NCBI GenBank assembly: GCA_963804995.1
Contig: CAWDSK010000006.1
Span: forward strand, 352,001-416,000
Length of the DNA stretch: 64,000 nt
From: an uncultured Acidobacteriota bacterium
GTDB taxonomy: Bacteria > Acidobacteriota > Terriglobia > UBA7540
Direction: 5' to 3'
A program made the translations under genes and the position numbers. Below the pieces are notes generated by a model. That model searched no databases, was not told where the DNA came from, and saw nothing but the letters and a program-made list of their open reading frames with translations. Below are positions 20,277-31,218 of the stretch, piece after piece; within the stretch, counting starts at the first letter, position 1, and the number at the start of each line of letters is the position of its first letter.

Positions 20277-21486
20277 TTATTCCGGCGGTTCAGCAGTCTG
20301 CGGTTGTGAGACGTTCACGGCGGCTCCCTGCCGGATAGCCTGCCGATCATGTTCCTGTCGTTTCTGGATATCCCGGAAGATCGCCATTTGCTTCTCCGCT
20401 TCTGCTCCCCGCCCCACGCGGCGGTAGGCAAACGACAACTGGTAATGTGCGACAGGCTCATCGGGAGCCACACTCGCAGCCTTCTCAAGTGGTGCGAGGG
20501 CCTCAGCAGGCCGGCCCGCGGCAATGAGGGATTTGCCCAAGCCGATGAGCGCTTGATGAAATCGCGGGGCGATTTTAGAGGCGCGCTCGAAATGCTTGAT
20601 GGCCTCGTCCCATTGTCGAGCCTCGCGCGCCATTTCGCCGAGCTCGTACTCTGCTCCCTCATCCGCCGCGTTAAGTTGCAACTCCTCCTCAAACTCCCGG
20701 CGCGCCGCGTCCTCGGTGGCGGGATCACGCTTACCGGCCAGGAGTAGGCGGCCGATTTGGTAGTGAATCCCAGGAACCTGGGGTTCCTTCGCGAGGATTT
20801 CGCGATACTCGGCAATCGCCTCAGCCGTTTTTCCCTGCATTTCCAGTATTTCCGCCCTCATTTGTCGCGCCTGATAGGAGTCAGGCATACCGACCAGCAA
20901 CTCTTGCGAAGCGCGCGTGGAGAGCTCCGAGAAAATGTGCATGCGCAGATAGAGGACCTCCGGGTCCTTCGCAAAATCGTGTTTGAGCCATTGCAGAAAA
21001 TTGACCGCTTGGTCGGGATCATTGACCGACATGGCGCAACGCGCACCATCCAGCCCTACGACGCGACGCAGGGAGGGATATTCGAGGCGCGGGTAGTCTT
21101 CTTCAAGGAGCGGGAGCGCCCCGGCGCAATCCCCTGCCTCCGACAGGCTGAGCCCCAGGAAATAGTGGGCGAGCGCGAGTGAAGGTTTCAACTTTAACGC
21201 CTTGCGACACGGGGCGATGGCATCCTGCGGAACGTCGTGCGGAGTAATAGGCCATTCCCAAGTCGGCCTGAAACTCGGCCACATCAGGAGCCACCGCCGT
21301 TAGCTTTTCCAGTCGCGGGATGGCGGCTGCGTAGTCGCCCTTGTACAGGTCGTCCGTAGCCAACCTGATGAGCTCGTTTAGCTCCTGAGATTGACCTGGT
21401 TCCTCTCGCGTGAATGCCTGAGGGCACACTAGCAGCGGAGGCAAGAACACCGCGATGAGAATCAATCCAAGACGTGGCCCAGCCAT
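20277..21486 (-). CDS. Secreted TPR protein (split by a 1-bp insertion at about 21231)
   Basis: Signal peptide in 21103-21486, TPR helices in 20277-21284. Removing one base joins YYSARR to PQDAIAP. Confidence 0.85.
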
Positions 21487-21590
21487 GAATTAACTCCACT
21501 TGCCGGAATCGGGCAAGAATATGCTAGCCGACAGCGCCCCCCTTACAACGAAACCGGGATTGGCGTTGGTGGGGCGCCAACTGCTTGCGA

Positions 21591-23054
21591 CTATTGGGAG
21601 TCGCTAACATGCACCCAAAGATGGGTGATGCCCTTTTGGCCCAAGTGGTTCGCGCGCTCTACACGCACGACGTAATCACCCGGCTTGGAAAAAGTGTGCG
21701 TGATGACAGCGAAGCCATTTGGTGCATGCTCGTCAACGTCACCATCGGACTTGGTCTCAGCCGTCGAGCCGTCACCGAATGACCAGGTCTCTTGTCCTTC
21801 CGTCGTGCCAAAGGCTCGAACCTTAAAGGTGACGGGCTTCCCGGGCCGGATGCCGGTCGTGGGCCAGTACGCCGCCTGGACAGCGGGGGGAACCTGGTCA
21901 GGATGCTTGGGGTCAACCACGTCAACCCCTTCAAAATCGTAAGCAACGCGGCCGCGGTCGTCAGTAACTTTCAAGATCTCACTATATACGCCCGCCTTCG
22001 GGTAGGACCGGTCGACTTTCGCTCCTGAAGCTTTCTCCCCATCGGTGAAGGTCCACTCGTAGCTCACAAGGCGTGACTCTCCCCAGGACCGCGACCCATC
22101 CAGAGTCACCTTCTCACCTTCGAGTATGGCCTGATGAGGCCGCGCCACGGCGATCAGGTGCGGCTTATATTGCCGTTGGTAGGCCTCCCACAGAAACGCA
22201 TACCCCTCCAGCGTCCCCAATTTTCCCGAGGCTTGCGGGCTCAAAATTTCGTAGTGAAGGTGCGACCATCCCCCGCTATCGCCCTCTTTCCCGAGCGTGC
22301 CGATCTTCTGCCCCATGGCCACCCTTCCTCCCAGCTTCACCGATGGGTCAAAGGAGTGCAGGTGTGAGTAGCGATGATACCAGCCGCGCTCATCCAGTAT
22401 ATAAATCGTGCCGCCGACAACCAACTCAAGAGTTGTGTTGTTCTTTTCCTTATCGATTGCGTCATGCCCCATCGCCACAACGAGGCCGGGAGTCGTGGCC
22501 ACAACATCCACCAACCCTTCCGCCCCGCCAATGTCGAGCCCCGCGTGATAGTAGATTTTCTTTGAGCTGATTCTTTCGCCGCCGTCGACGTGAGTTGGCT
22601 CATTCGCCATTTGGGTCCGCGTGGCGAACCAGACTTGCCGGACCGGGTAAACCATCGATCCCGGGGGCATGAATGGCGATCCCGCAGGCCAGATGCGCAG
22701 ACGGGCGTCTTTGTTGGCGAGCGCCCAGTGATCGAAATCGCTATTCTGATAGTAAGCCTTGGTCACCGCGCAATCAGCCTGCACGCCCCCGATACTTACT
22801 GGCAGGCGGTAGTTTCCACAAGAGAGAGTTGCGTGTTCCCCGTTGATTTCAACTTCCGCGCGGGCATCCCAAATCGCGGACCGAACCTTGTTGCGGCTAT
22901 CGGCAATGGCGAGCAACTTTACGGTTGCGGCCTTGCCGTTGGCTAACTGGATGCGCTGCGTTTCGCCTACATTGATATCCACGACGCGGAAGAGCGGCTG
23001 TTGTGCGACCACCAGACTGGCAAAGAGGAGCATGAACGCAAGTGTCTTGTACAC
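21591..23054 (-). CDS. M23-family peptidase with two PKD domains
   Basis: HAGLDIG, YSHL, HLHYE; WTFTDG and WSFGDG PKD motifs; signal peptide. Confidence 0.88.
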   Translation of the reverse strand: MYKTLAFMLLFASLVVAQQPLFRVVDINVGETQRIQLANGKAATVKLLAIADSRNKVRSAIWDARAEVEINGEHATLSCGNYRLPVSIGGVQADCAVTKAYYQNSDFDHWALANKDARLRIWPAGSPFMPPGSMVYPVRQVWFATRTQMANEPTHVDGGERISSKKIYYHAGLDIGGAEGLVDVVATTPGLVVAMGHDAIDKEKNNTTLELVVGGTIYILDERGWYHRYSHLHSFDPSVKLGGRVAMGQKIGTLGKEGDSGGWSHLHYEILSPQASGKLGTLEGYAFLWEAYQRQYKPHLIAVARPHQAILEGEKVTLDGSRSWGESRLVSYEWTFTDGEKASGAKVDRSYPKAGVYSEILKVTDDRGRVAYDFEGVDVVDPKHPDQVPPAVQAAYWPTTGIRPGKPVTFKVRAFGTTEGQETWSFGDGSTAETKSDGDVDEHAPNGFAVITHTFSKPGDYVVRVERANHLGQKGITHLWVHVSDSQ

Positions 23055-23179
23055 AGGTTGAACCCCTATTCAGATTTTATGGCCCCGATCATCCGTCAGA
23101 CCATACCCCCACTTCTCGCACCGGTCAAGTTCGGAACGCAGCCTGGGAACATCGCGGATGCAGTCGCAACTATTGAGTG

Positions 23180-23334
23180 CTGCAGAATACAATGACGGAT
23201 AAACCCCCTCACCCGGCGCTGCGCGCCACCCTCTCCCCCAAGGGGGCGAGGGCGTAAACTCAATTTACTTCTCCCCTCGCCCCCTTGGGGGAGAGGGGCG
23301 GGGGTGAGGGGGTCTTTGTCACTCAATTCTGCAG
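23180..23334. repeat. Palindromic CCCTCACCC-type repeat inside imperfect terminal inverted repeats
   Basis: ACCCCCTCACCC...GGGTGAGGGGGT core shared with 50363-50500; CTGCAGAAT/ATTCTGCAG ends. Confidence 0.75.
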
Positions 23335-23353
23335 TAATCAGTAAATGGCCTTT

Positions 23354-23451
23354 CTCCTGACTCCTGACTGCTGGCTCCCGTCTACCGTTTACTGCCTACT
23401 GCCCACTGCCTATTGCCTTCTGCTTACTGCCTTCCGCCTACTGCCTACTGC
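23354..23451. repeat. Degenerate heptamer tandem array (CTACTGC-like)
   Basis: About 14 consecutive 7-mers such as ctactgc, ccactgc, ctattgc, cttctgc. Confidence 0.85.
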
Positions 23452-23720
23452 CCCCCGGGCCCCGTTCCTCAACCCGCCCGGCCTTAGAAAATGCCCACAA
23501 GCAGAAGGGCGCTGACCGTGGTTGTCCGCTCAAAGTCCTGGCGAACCTGCGCGATGTGTCAATCGCTGTTTTGCGAGCGGAGCGGCTGAAATAAGAGGAA
23601 GCGAAACCAGTGCGAAGCTGAGGGCTGAGAGCTGTCAGCCTTTAGCTATCGGCTGTGAGCTGTAAGCTACCGTGGGGCATCGGGCGGGAGAAAAGGCCTA
23701 CGGGCAGGACGGCTCGCCGG

Positions 23721-23749
23721 CCATTAAGATCGGTGGACTTTCAGCCGCG
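23721..23749 (+). repeat. 29-bp direct repeat, left border of the defence cluster
   Basis: CCATTAAGATCGGTGGACTTTCAGCCGCG; one mismatch to 33037-33065. Confidence 0.9.
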
Positions 23750-23849
23750 CCGGCGCAGCGCTTTTCCGCCAGCCGCCATTGATGCTATCTTAAAGGCATT
23801 ACTTGAAAATAAAAGGGGGGGGTGTATACTCCCCGCGACGGGAGTGACG

Positions 23850-25166
23850 ATGTTTTTCAAGACTTCCCTCCGCCAACTCTACCTGGAAGACGAGCGGCCC
23901 TGGCTGGTGGGCTTTAGCGGCGGCAAGGACAGCACCATGCTGGCGTCGCTGATTTTCGACGCCGTCCTGTCCATTCCCACTGAACAGCGAAAGAAGCCCA
24001 TCTCGGTCCTTTGCTCGGACACGCGCGTGCAGATTCCCGCCATTGCCGAAATGATCGAAGGCACGCTGGACCGCATGCGGAAGTGCTCCGAGCAGCACGA
24101 CCTCAATATTGAGGCCAACCATGTAGCGCCGACCTTTAGGTCGGCACGTGCTGACCTAAAGGTCAGCGCTACAACCGAAGAATCCTTTTTGGGTCAACAT
24201 CATCGGCCGGGGCCACCCGCCCCCCAACCGCGTCTTCCGCTGGTGCACGCAGCGCATGAAGATTGATCCGGTAAATGCCTTGGTGAAACAGCGTGTGGGC
24301 CATTGGGGAGAGGCCATCCCGCACCTCGGAGCGCGCCGCGCCGAAAGCTCCACCCGCGCCCAAACCATGGCGGCCCGCCAAACGCGCAACGGATTGCGGC
24401 GTCATCCTGACTTGCCCCGCGTCTGGGTGTCGAATGAATTCCTCTCCGCCGAGGACGTTTGGGCCGACAGAACCCCAACCCCCGAGGCAATCGCCCCCTC
24501 TACAAGCTTTACGCCAGTGCCTCGAACGGTGAGTGCCCCATCCAAATTGACACCAGCACTCCCAGTTGTGGCAACAGCCGCTTCGGCTGCTGGACGTGCA
24601 CGGTGGTTGACCGCGACAAGGCCAGCGAAGGACTGCTGGCCAGCGGCGACGAGCGCATGGAAAAACTGATTGAATTCCGCGAAAAGCTCCTGTTTTTCCG
24701 CGACCCCGCCAATGGCAAGCGCGACACCCGGCGCATGAACGGCAACGAAGGCAACGGCCCCTTGCTGATTACTGCCCGTCGCGAACTGCTGACCCAGTTA
24801 CTAAAGTTGCAGGAAGGGGTTCAATTACAGCTCATCAGTCCCGAGGAACTCCTCCTAATTCAGCAATTGTGGAAAGCCGCCCGCGACCCCGACGACGGGC
24901 GCGGCGTGGCGCGCATCGTCAACCGGCAGAGAGGTGTGATCATGAATGCCGACCTGAGCGAACTCAGCCGTTTGCGCGAAATTGAAAACAAAGTCGCCGC
25001 CGAAAAAGGCATTAACGTCGAAACCCTCCGGCGCATGGTCGCCAAGGTGGAAGAATACAGCGAAAGCCACCGCGCCCACGGCCTCCCCGGTGATTTGCTG
25101 AATATCCTCAAGGACGATCTAGAAAACGAGTCGGTGGTCGCAATGCAACAATCCCGAGTCATGTAG
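23850..25166 (+). pseudogene. dndC: DNA phosphorothioation sulfurtransferase DndC-like, frameshifted
   Basis: PWLVGFSGGKDST, FWVNIIGRGHPPP..FRWCTQRMKIDP, GARRAES, GECP, SCGNSRFGCWTCTVV spread over three frames, with small deletions and a REP insertion. Confidence 0.88.
24122..24173. repeat. GTAG REP doublet inserted in dndC
   Basis: TGTAGC GCCGACC TTTA GGTCGGC..GCTGACC TAAA GGTCAGC GCTACA. Confidence 0.85.
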
Positions 25167-25349
25167 GGGCCAATATTATTTGGCCATATACAATGCCAAC
25201 CAGCCGCCCGCAGTCTATTTCTCTTCACTCAGTGATCAACCTACTGATCAAGAGTGTTCAATTGATCGCCTACCAACCGTGGATCAACTTGACAACTAAC
25301 ACGCCTCGATCAACGATCCCAACAGGCGCGGCACTTGGCGCCACCCAGC

Positions 25350-25965
25350 ATGGCAGACACCCTACCCAACGTCCCGGAAGTCGCAAGTGCGTTACCCCCG
25401 CCGGTCTTTCATGACGCGAAGCACCACGTAAAAATTTACCAGGGTGACTGCCTGGAGATTCTGGCCGCCATTCCCCCCGATTGCGTTGACCTGATCTTCG
25501 CCGACCCGCCGTATTTCCTGTCGAATGACGGCATCACCTGCCACGCGGGCAAGATGGTTTCGGTCAACAAGGGGAAGTGGGATAAGTCCCAGGGGGCTGA
25601 CCTCGACCATGAATTCAATCGTGCCTGGCTTGCCGCCTGCCAGCGCGTGCTGAAGCCCCACGGCAGCATCTGGGTTAGCGGCACCAGCCACGTGATTCAC
25701 TCCGTGGGCTTTGCCATGCAGCAACTGGGATTCAAGCTGCTGAACGATATCAGTTGGGTCAAGCCCAACCCGCCGCCCAACCTTTCCTGCCGCTACTTCA
25801 CCCACGCTACGGAGACACTGATCTGGGCGGCCAAAAATAAGAAAAGCAAGCACACGTTCAATTACAAGCTGATGCGGGAAATGGCGGGCGGAAAACAGAT
25901 GAAAAGCGTATGGCAGATTGCCGCGCCCGGTCGCGCCGAGAAACGCTTCGGCAAACACCCTACAC
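25350..25965 (+). pseudogene. Beta-class amino-methyltransferase (DpnA/M2.DpnII-like), 3'-truncated
   Basis: IFADPPYFLSN, VSVNKGKWDK, PNLSCRYFTH, KQMKSVW. Homology ends at KHPT, before QKP and the FxGxG SAM-binding motif. Confidence 0.85.
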
Positions 25966-26075
25966 GAACAAACCAACGCGATTGCATTCAGGGACGGTCA
26001 GTTGTATGTTATGCGTCGGTCGACCTTTAAAAGCGGAAATATTGGCTGGAGAAACGGGAGGGTAACAGGCCTACC

Positions 26076-27572
26076 ATGGCAGAGCACAAAGTATTACTCG
26101 TTGCTAACGAAGGCATCTTCGTGGGTCTCGCCAAACAGAACATGCTATTTCATCAGTGCATCAGTGAACTGGTAGACAACTCAATCGCTGCGACGCCGCA
26201 AAACCGGAAGTTTCGAATCGAAGTTCTGTTTTCGCCTAGACAGGACTCACCCGAGGTTGTGGATGTATACGTTGCAGACAACTGTGCAGGAATGACTTTG
26301 GAGCATTTAAAGAAAGCACTTCAACTGGGCGAATCTGCGAGTACGGAGAGTCGGCTCAACGAGCATGGATTCGGTCTGAAGAACGCACTGGCAACCCTTT
26401 CGGGAGGTAATGGACCCTGGAAGATATGGACAAAAACCGCTAGTTGCCCACAGGTTTCTTCGGCCGAGGGTCCGTTTAGATCTGAAATGGTAGTTAATGA
26501 CTCAGATGCTTTTCCCACCGATAATTTCCTGCCTCCCGATCTAGGAACATTGATAAAAGTCCCCGTCAAAAGAAGCTTCATTCAATCTGTTCAGGGTAGA
26601 GGTGCACCGACGATAGACCTGAGCCATTTGCGCGACTGGCTAATCGAGCATCTCGGAGTTTTCTACAGAGGTTACCTCGAACAAGATGATAAAACCTATG
26701 ATAACAGCGGAGTCATAGTCGTATCCATTGGCAATAACACTTTACAGGTACCACCAGTTCCCGTGCCGTTGGGAAATGTAAAAACTGATTACATAGACCT
26801 TGAGCTTGGCGGCACCGTGCAGAGGCTCAAATACAGGAGCGGTACACTCGACTTGGTAAAACGCGATGTGCTCGTGCGAGGCAATAAAGCAAAATTTTAC
26901 TATCAGAACAACATCCCGAGCCAAGGAATCGACATACGGCTTGGAAAGAGGGTCATTGCTACTAGGCAGTTCGAAACCATTTGGAAAACGAAAGATGGAC
27001 AAGATCGGCTGGCCCGACATAATAACTACAACGATTTCGCTGGGGAATTGCTTATCCCCGAATTGCCAAGAGGAGTGCTGACAACCGTAAACAACAAGAC
27101 GGATTTCAATTTGGATGACCCTGACTGGGCAAAGATCTTTTCCGAGCTCGGCAAAATACCCCCGCCGAAGCAAGTTAGGGAGATGAGTGAAGCAGAAATC
27201 AAGAAACAGTGGATCAAGATGCTTAGAGCAACAAATCCTGAGGATACGGTAACTGATGAAACATGCGTGTGGCCTACAGGTACTGCGATCGACGTTTACC
27301 GCCGAACGCCACAAGAGAAGATAATTATTTACGAGCTTAAGGTGGGATCAGGAGCACCCTTAAACCTCTACCAATTGAAAATGTATTGGGACGGTCTCGT
27401 AGTTGACAAGAAGGAATACCCGAGCGAGGCGGTTCTAATTGTGGAGGACTTCAGCAATAATTTGGAAGAGATGGCGAACATGATGAATAAACTGTCGCCG
27501 CCTGAGGGGAGTAAGCCCTATAATTTCAAGATTGAGAAATTGAAAGACAAAGGCCTCACCGGGAAAGATTAG
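26076..27572 (+). CDS. GHKL/MORC-like ATPase fused to a C-terminal PD-(D/E)XK-like nuclease
   Basis: ISELVDNS, DNCAGM, HGFGLK, GT; C-terminal IDVY...IYELK...QLKMY. More AT-rich than the flanks. Confidence 0.8.
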   Translation: MAEHKVLLVANEGIFVGLAKQNMLFHQCISELVDNSIAATPQNRKFRIEVLFSPRQDSPEVVDVYVADNCAGMTLEHLKKALQLGESASTESRLNEHGFGLKNALATLSGGNGPWKIWTKTASCPQVSSAEGPFRSEMVVNDSDAFPTDNFLPPDLGTLIKVPVKRSFIQSVQGRGAPTIDLSHLRDWLIEHLGVFYRGYLEQDDKTYDNSGVIVVSIGNNTLQVPPVPVPLGNVKTDYIDLELGGTVQRLKYRSGTLDLVKRDVLVRGNKAKFYYQNNIPSQGIDIRLGKRVIATRQFETIWKTKDGQDRLARHNNYNDFAGELLIPELPRGVLTTVNNKTDFNLDDPDWAKIFSELGKIPPPKQVREMSEAEIKKQWIKMLRATNPEDTVTDETCVWPTGTAIDVYRRTPQEKIIIYELKVGSGAPLNLYQLKMYWDGLVVDKKEYPSEAVLIVEDFSNNLEEMANMMNKLSPPEGSKPYNFKIEKLKDKGLTGKD

Positions 27573-28038
27573 CGGGTTGGATACTGCCAACTCAATCTTG
27601 AACCTGGTCTACACGCCAATCGCCTAGGCAGGTTTCATTACCCGTAAAACAGCAATCGCAATGCGCCTCGGGATGGGACGGGCGGCCAGGTCAGGTGCAG
27701 TCCACCCTCCTCCGTGGTTTTTAATTCATCGCGCATTCAAATGTTTATTTTACTCACGCGAAACGGCGAACGATCGACAGACGAACGCAAATTACGCGTA
27801 TGTCTGCGCTTCCCTCGATGACAAATCCGCAGTCAATTGGGTTTGTACTGACCTTTGCTTGATATACAATGCTGGCTTCTGGCTGTTTGCCCTTACACAG
27901 GATCTTGTTGCATAGGCGTCCTCGGTATACAATATCTAGGGGTCATGTTACGGATGCTTTCTGTCGATAAGATCCTGCGGCAACAAAGCAACCAGGATGC
28001 CCTCGTGGACAACCGACCAGAGGTGTTCATCCCAATGG

Positions 28039-28938
28039 GTGACTGACTTGAACCAACAATTGCACGACATACAAAACACGCCTCATCAGCCCTACCTATT
28101 CAACTGGAGAGGGGATGACGTAAGGCCAAAACCGTTCCTCAAGTGGGCTGGGGGTAAATCCCACCTTTTACCCCTATTGCAGCGGTGTGTGCCTAAGAAC
28201 TTCGGTCGATATTTTGAACCTTTTTTGGGAGGAGGCGCTCTATTCTTTGGCCTTTGTCCTCCAAATGCCGTATTAAGTGACTCTAACCAGGAGTTGATTC
28301 ACTGTTACAAAATTATCCGGGACCGCCCTGAAGAAGTAATTCAAAGACTTACCAAAATGAAAGTCGGTGAAATCGAGTTTTACAAAATCAGGGCGTTGGA
28401 TGCTGAGTCACTTTCCGACATCGCCCGCGCTGCCAGGTTCATCTATCTTAACAAGACCTGTTTCAATGGTCTTTACAGGGTCAACAAACAGGGCATTTTT
28501 AATACTCCATTTGGCCGAAACAAAATCGCCTCATTCGTGGATCCCGAAAACTTGAGACGGGTCAGCAGGGCACTTCGAGAGGCAAGGCTAGAGTGTGCCG
28601 ACTACGGTGCCGTGCTAGAATCTGCGGCAGCGGGCGATTTTATTTATCTAGATCCCCCATATATGCCGATTGGAAAATATTCAGATTTCAAGCGGTATAC
28701 GAAAGAGCAGTTTCATGAGGCAGACCATGAGGAATTAGCCGAGACCTTCCGTGTTTTGGCGAAGAAAGGCTGCTTCGTTCTTATGAGCAATTCCCATCAT
28801 GAGAAGGTCGCGTCCCTATTCTCGGATTTCAACCAAGTGACTGTATCAGTTCCTCGCTTCGTGAGCTGCAAAGGGAATGGGCGGGGAAAAGTTAACGAAC
28901 TCCTTATTTCCAACTGTTCGTTGCCTGAGATTACATGA
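28039..28938 (+). CDS. D12-class DNA adenine methylase (Dam/DpnM-like); start uncertain
   Basis: PFLKWAGGK, EPFLGGG, FNGLYRVN..FNTPFG, YLDPPY, MSNS. Confidence 0.93.
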   Translation: MTDLNQQLHDIQNTPHQPYLFNWRGDDVRPKPFLKWAGGKSHLLPLLQRCVPKNFGRYFEPFLGGGALFFGLCPPNAVLSDSNQELIHCYKIIRDRPEEVIQRLTKMKVGEIEFYKIRALDAESLSDIARAARFIYLNKTCFNGLYRVNKQGIFNTPFGRNKIASFVDPENLRRVSRALREARLECADYGAVLESAAAGDFIYLDPPYMPIGKYSDFKRYTKEQFHEADHEELAETFRVLAKKGCFVLMSNSHHEKVASLFSDFNQVTVSVPRFVSCKGNGRGKVNELLISNCSLPEIT

Positions 28939-29948
28939 GCTTTCCGGCCACCAAATACATGGGTAGCAAGCAAGCTATTCTCCCCTTCATCTTGGAACAT
29001 GTCAGGAGACTCGATTTCAAAAAGGCGCTGGACGCATTCTCGGGGTCGGCCTGCGTCGCTTACGGTCTCAAGCAACTCGGGGTTGAGGTGCATGCAAATG
29101 ATTTCCTGCAATTCACCTATCATATAGCCCGAGCCACCATTGAAAATAACGCGACACGTCTTACCGATGCAGACCTCCGTCAGCTCTTGAAGCCGAACAA
29201 AAGTGCGCAAGACTTTATTCATAAAACCTTCGGGTCACTCTATTTTTCTGCGGAAGATGACCGTTTCCTTGACGATCTGTGGGCGAACATCCAGGAATTG
29301 CGAAGTCCGCTGAAAAAGTCGCTCGCACTGGCAGCCGCCTGCCGCGCGGCCATGAAGAAACGACCCCGCGGAATCTTTACGTTCACTGGTAAGAAGGGTT
29401 GGGACGGTCGACAAGACCTTCAGTTAACCATGAGAGACCAGTTCTTGCGCGCGGTGATGCAATTTAACAATGCTGTGTGGTCTAACGGGAAAGCCAACCG
29501 CGCAATGTGCGGGGACGTATTCCATGTGGAGCCGGATCGATACGACTTAGTTTACATCGACACTCCGTACATTAGCCCCTATTCGGATTGTGACTATACG
29601 CGCCGATACCACTTCGTGGAAGGTTATTGTAGTTACTGGCAAGACTGCGAAATCATGGCCAGCACAACTACCAAAAAGATTCGGTCGTATGAAACTTCCT
29701 TCTCGACCAAGGCTGGTGCATATGATGCGTTCCAACGATTGTTCCATCACTTCCGGAAATCGAAATTGGTAGTCTCGTATTCGTCCAATTCCATTCCGAA
29801 TAAAAAAGAGATGATCGAGTTGCTTCAGCACGAGAAGAAAGATATAACCGTTTACGAAGCGGCTCACCGCTACAATCACGGCAATCACCGACACAAAGTC
29901 GGCGATAACAATAACGCGGTCATCGAATATCTGTTCGTTGCGACATGA
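28935..29948 (+). CDS. Second D12-class DNA adenine methylase
   Basis: KYMGSK, DAFSGS, YIDTPY (DPPY variant), DYTRRYHFVEG, SYSS, EYLF; ATGA overlap with the upstream gene. Confidence 0.9.
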   Translation: MSFPATKYMGSKQAILPFILEHVRRLDFKKALDAFSGSACVAYGLKQLGVEVHANDFLQFTYHIARATIENNATRLTDADLRQLLKPNKSAQDFIHKTFGSLYFSAEDDRFLDDLWANIQELRSPLKKSLALAAACRAAMKKRPRGIFTFTGKKGWDGRQDLQLTMRDQFLRAVMQFNNAVWSNGKANRAMCGDVFHVEPDRYDLVYIDTPYISPYSDCDYTRRYHFVEGYCSYWQDCEIMASTTTKKIRSYETSFSTKAGAYDAFQRLFHHFRKSKLVVSYSSNSIPNKKEMIELLQHEKKDITVYEAAHRYNHGNHRHKVGDNNNAVIEYLFVAT

Positions 29949-31183
29949 AAATCATACTGAATGACCACACCGCGGCGGCGAATTTTTCAACCGCTCTTGG
30001 AGAACTGATCGAGGGCGCTGACACGTTGTCCATGGCAGTCGCCTACCTTCAACGAGGCGGCTGGGACCTGTTGCGGCGGCGCATCGCCGGACTGAGTCTC
30101 GCGAAGATGCGAATGGTTTGCACCGATCAATTAGGTATAACGCAACCCACGGCTGTCAGCCGGGCATTGTCCAGCGGCGTTCAGATTAGGAACTTTACTG
30201 GGAACGTCACCTACCACCCAAAGGTCTATCTGGCCCACGACGCCAAGGGTCGGCCAATACGGTTCCTGGTATCAAGTGCCAATTTGAGCTTTTCGGCCTT
30301 CACTCACAGCGTGGAGGCCGGCATCCTAGGTTCCGACCCGACCGGCCTACGTACCCTTAGCGGATGGTTCGACGACCTGTTTAGGAATCGAAGCTCCCAG
30401 TTCACGCCTGAACGGCTGCTTGAGATGGAAGCGGCGTGGCGTGTCGCGGCAGCCCGGCGAACGCAAGCACGTCTTCGCGTCCGACGTGCGCTGGTGATTC
30501 CGGAGGGCGTGGCCCCTGCCCCACTCGAGCCTGAAGATATTGATGCTTTGGAAGACGTGTTCGCGACAATCCAGCTTCCCATCGGCCTTTTGAACATGGA
30601 CTATGCTGGGAACAACATCCGAAATGTCGGGCGAGCTCGGGAAGTACTGGCCGACTGGAACAGGGTGCGGATCGGGACGGGTGGCGCCTCTGGCAAACAG
30701 CGAAGTGAATTGAAGCTGCTGGGTTTTGCGGAAGGGCGGGACTTGACCCGACTAGGCCGCGCCGCTTCCGCTGCTGGTAGCAGGGAGGAAGTTGCGCGCC
30801 TGTGGTGCATGTGGCTACAGCGGACTCCCGACGGTGAACTGGCAGCGATCAATGAGAGGCTCTTGGTCGCGAAGCGCGTGTTCGCACAGTTCTGGCGGTT
30901 GCAGCCCGAAGTGCGGGATTATTTTCTCGCGAATGCCGAGAGTCCGGCAGATCGCCCGACGGCCCAAACTATCGAACTCCTCTGCAATGCCCGCGACGTT
31001 GTTCAGGAATTGTCTCTCGATGACATCCGAACCCTCACGCCGTTGCTGGAGCAGCCTCAGCGACTGCCACAGTTTGTCAGAGAGGCGATTGCGGACTACC
31101 AGGACAACAAGGGGATGCGTGGTTGGGATTTCCCTGACCGGCGGATTGTTCCTGTCGCGTGGCGGGAAGCTGCAGGTGGGTGA
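29945..31183 (+). CDS. Phospholipase D-family nuclease, putative restriction endonuclease
   Basis: AVAY, YHPKVY, SSANLS, VEAG in the N-terminal 150 aa; C-terminus unrecognised; ATGA overlap with the methylase. Confidence 0.8.
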   Translation: MKIILNDHTAAANFSTALGELIEGADTLSMAVAYLQRGGWDLLRRRIAGLSLAKMRMVCTDQLGITQPTAVSRALSSGVQIRNFTGNVTYHPKVYLAHDAKGRPIRFLVSSANLSFSAFTHSVEAGILGSDPTGLRTLSGWFDDLFRNRSSQFTPERLLEMEAAWRVAAARRTQARLRVRRALVIPEGVAPAPLEPEDIDALEDVFATIQLPIGLLNMDYAGNNIRNVGRAREVLADWNRVRIGTGGASGKQRSELKLLGFAEGRDLTRLGRAASAAGSREEVARLWCMWLQRTPDGELAAINERLLVAKRVFAQFWRLQPEVRDYFLANAESPADRPTAQTIELLCNARDVVQELSLDDIRTLTPLLEQPQRLPQFVREAIADYQDNKGMRGWDFPDRRIVPVAWREAAGG

Positions 31184-31218
31184 TCGGGCACTTAGGTGAG
31201 ATATTCTATTCGTTAAGA

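Noticed and set aside
23850..25166. Active phosphorothioation system explaining the GACGT anomalies
   Set aside because: dndC has several lesions that are not at GACGT, and dndB/D/E are absent from the window.
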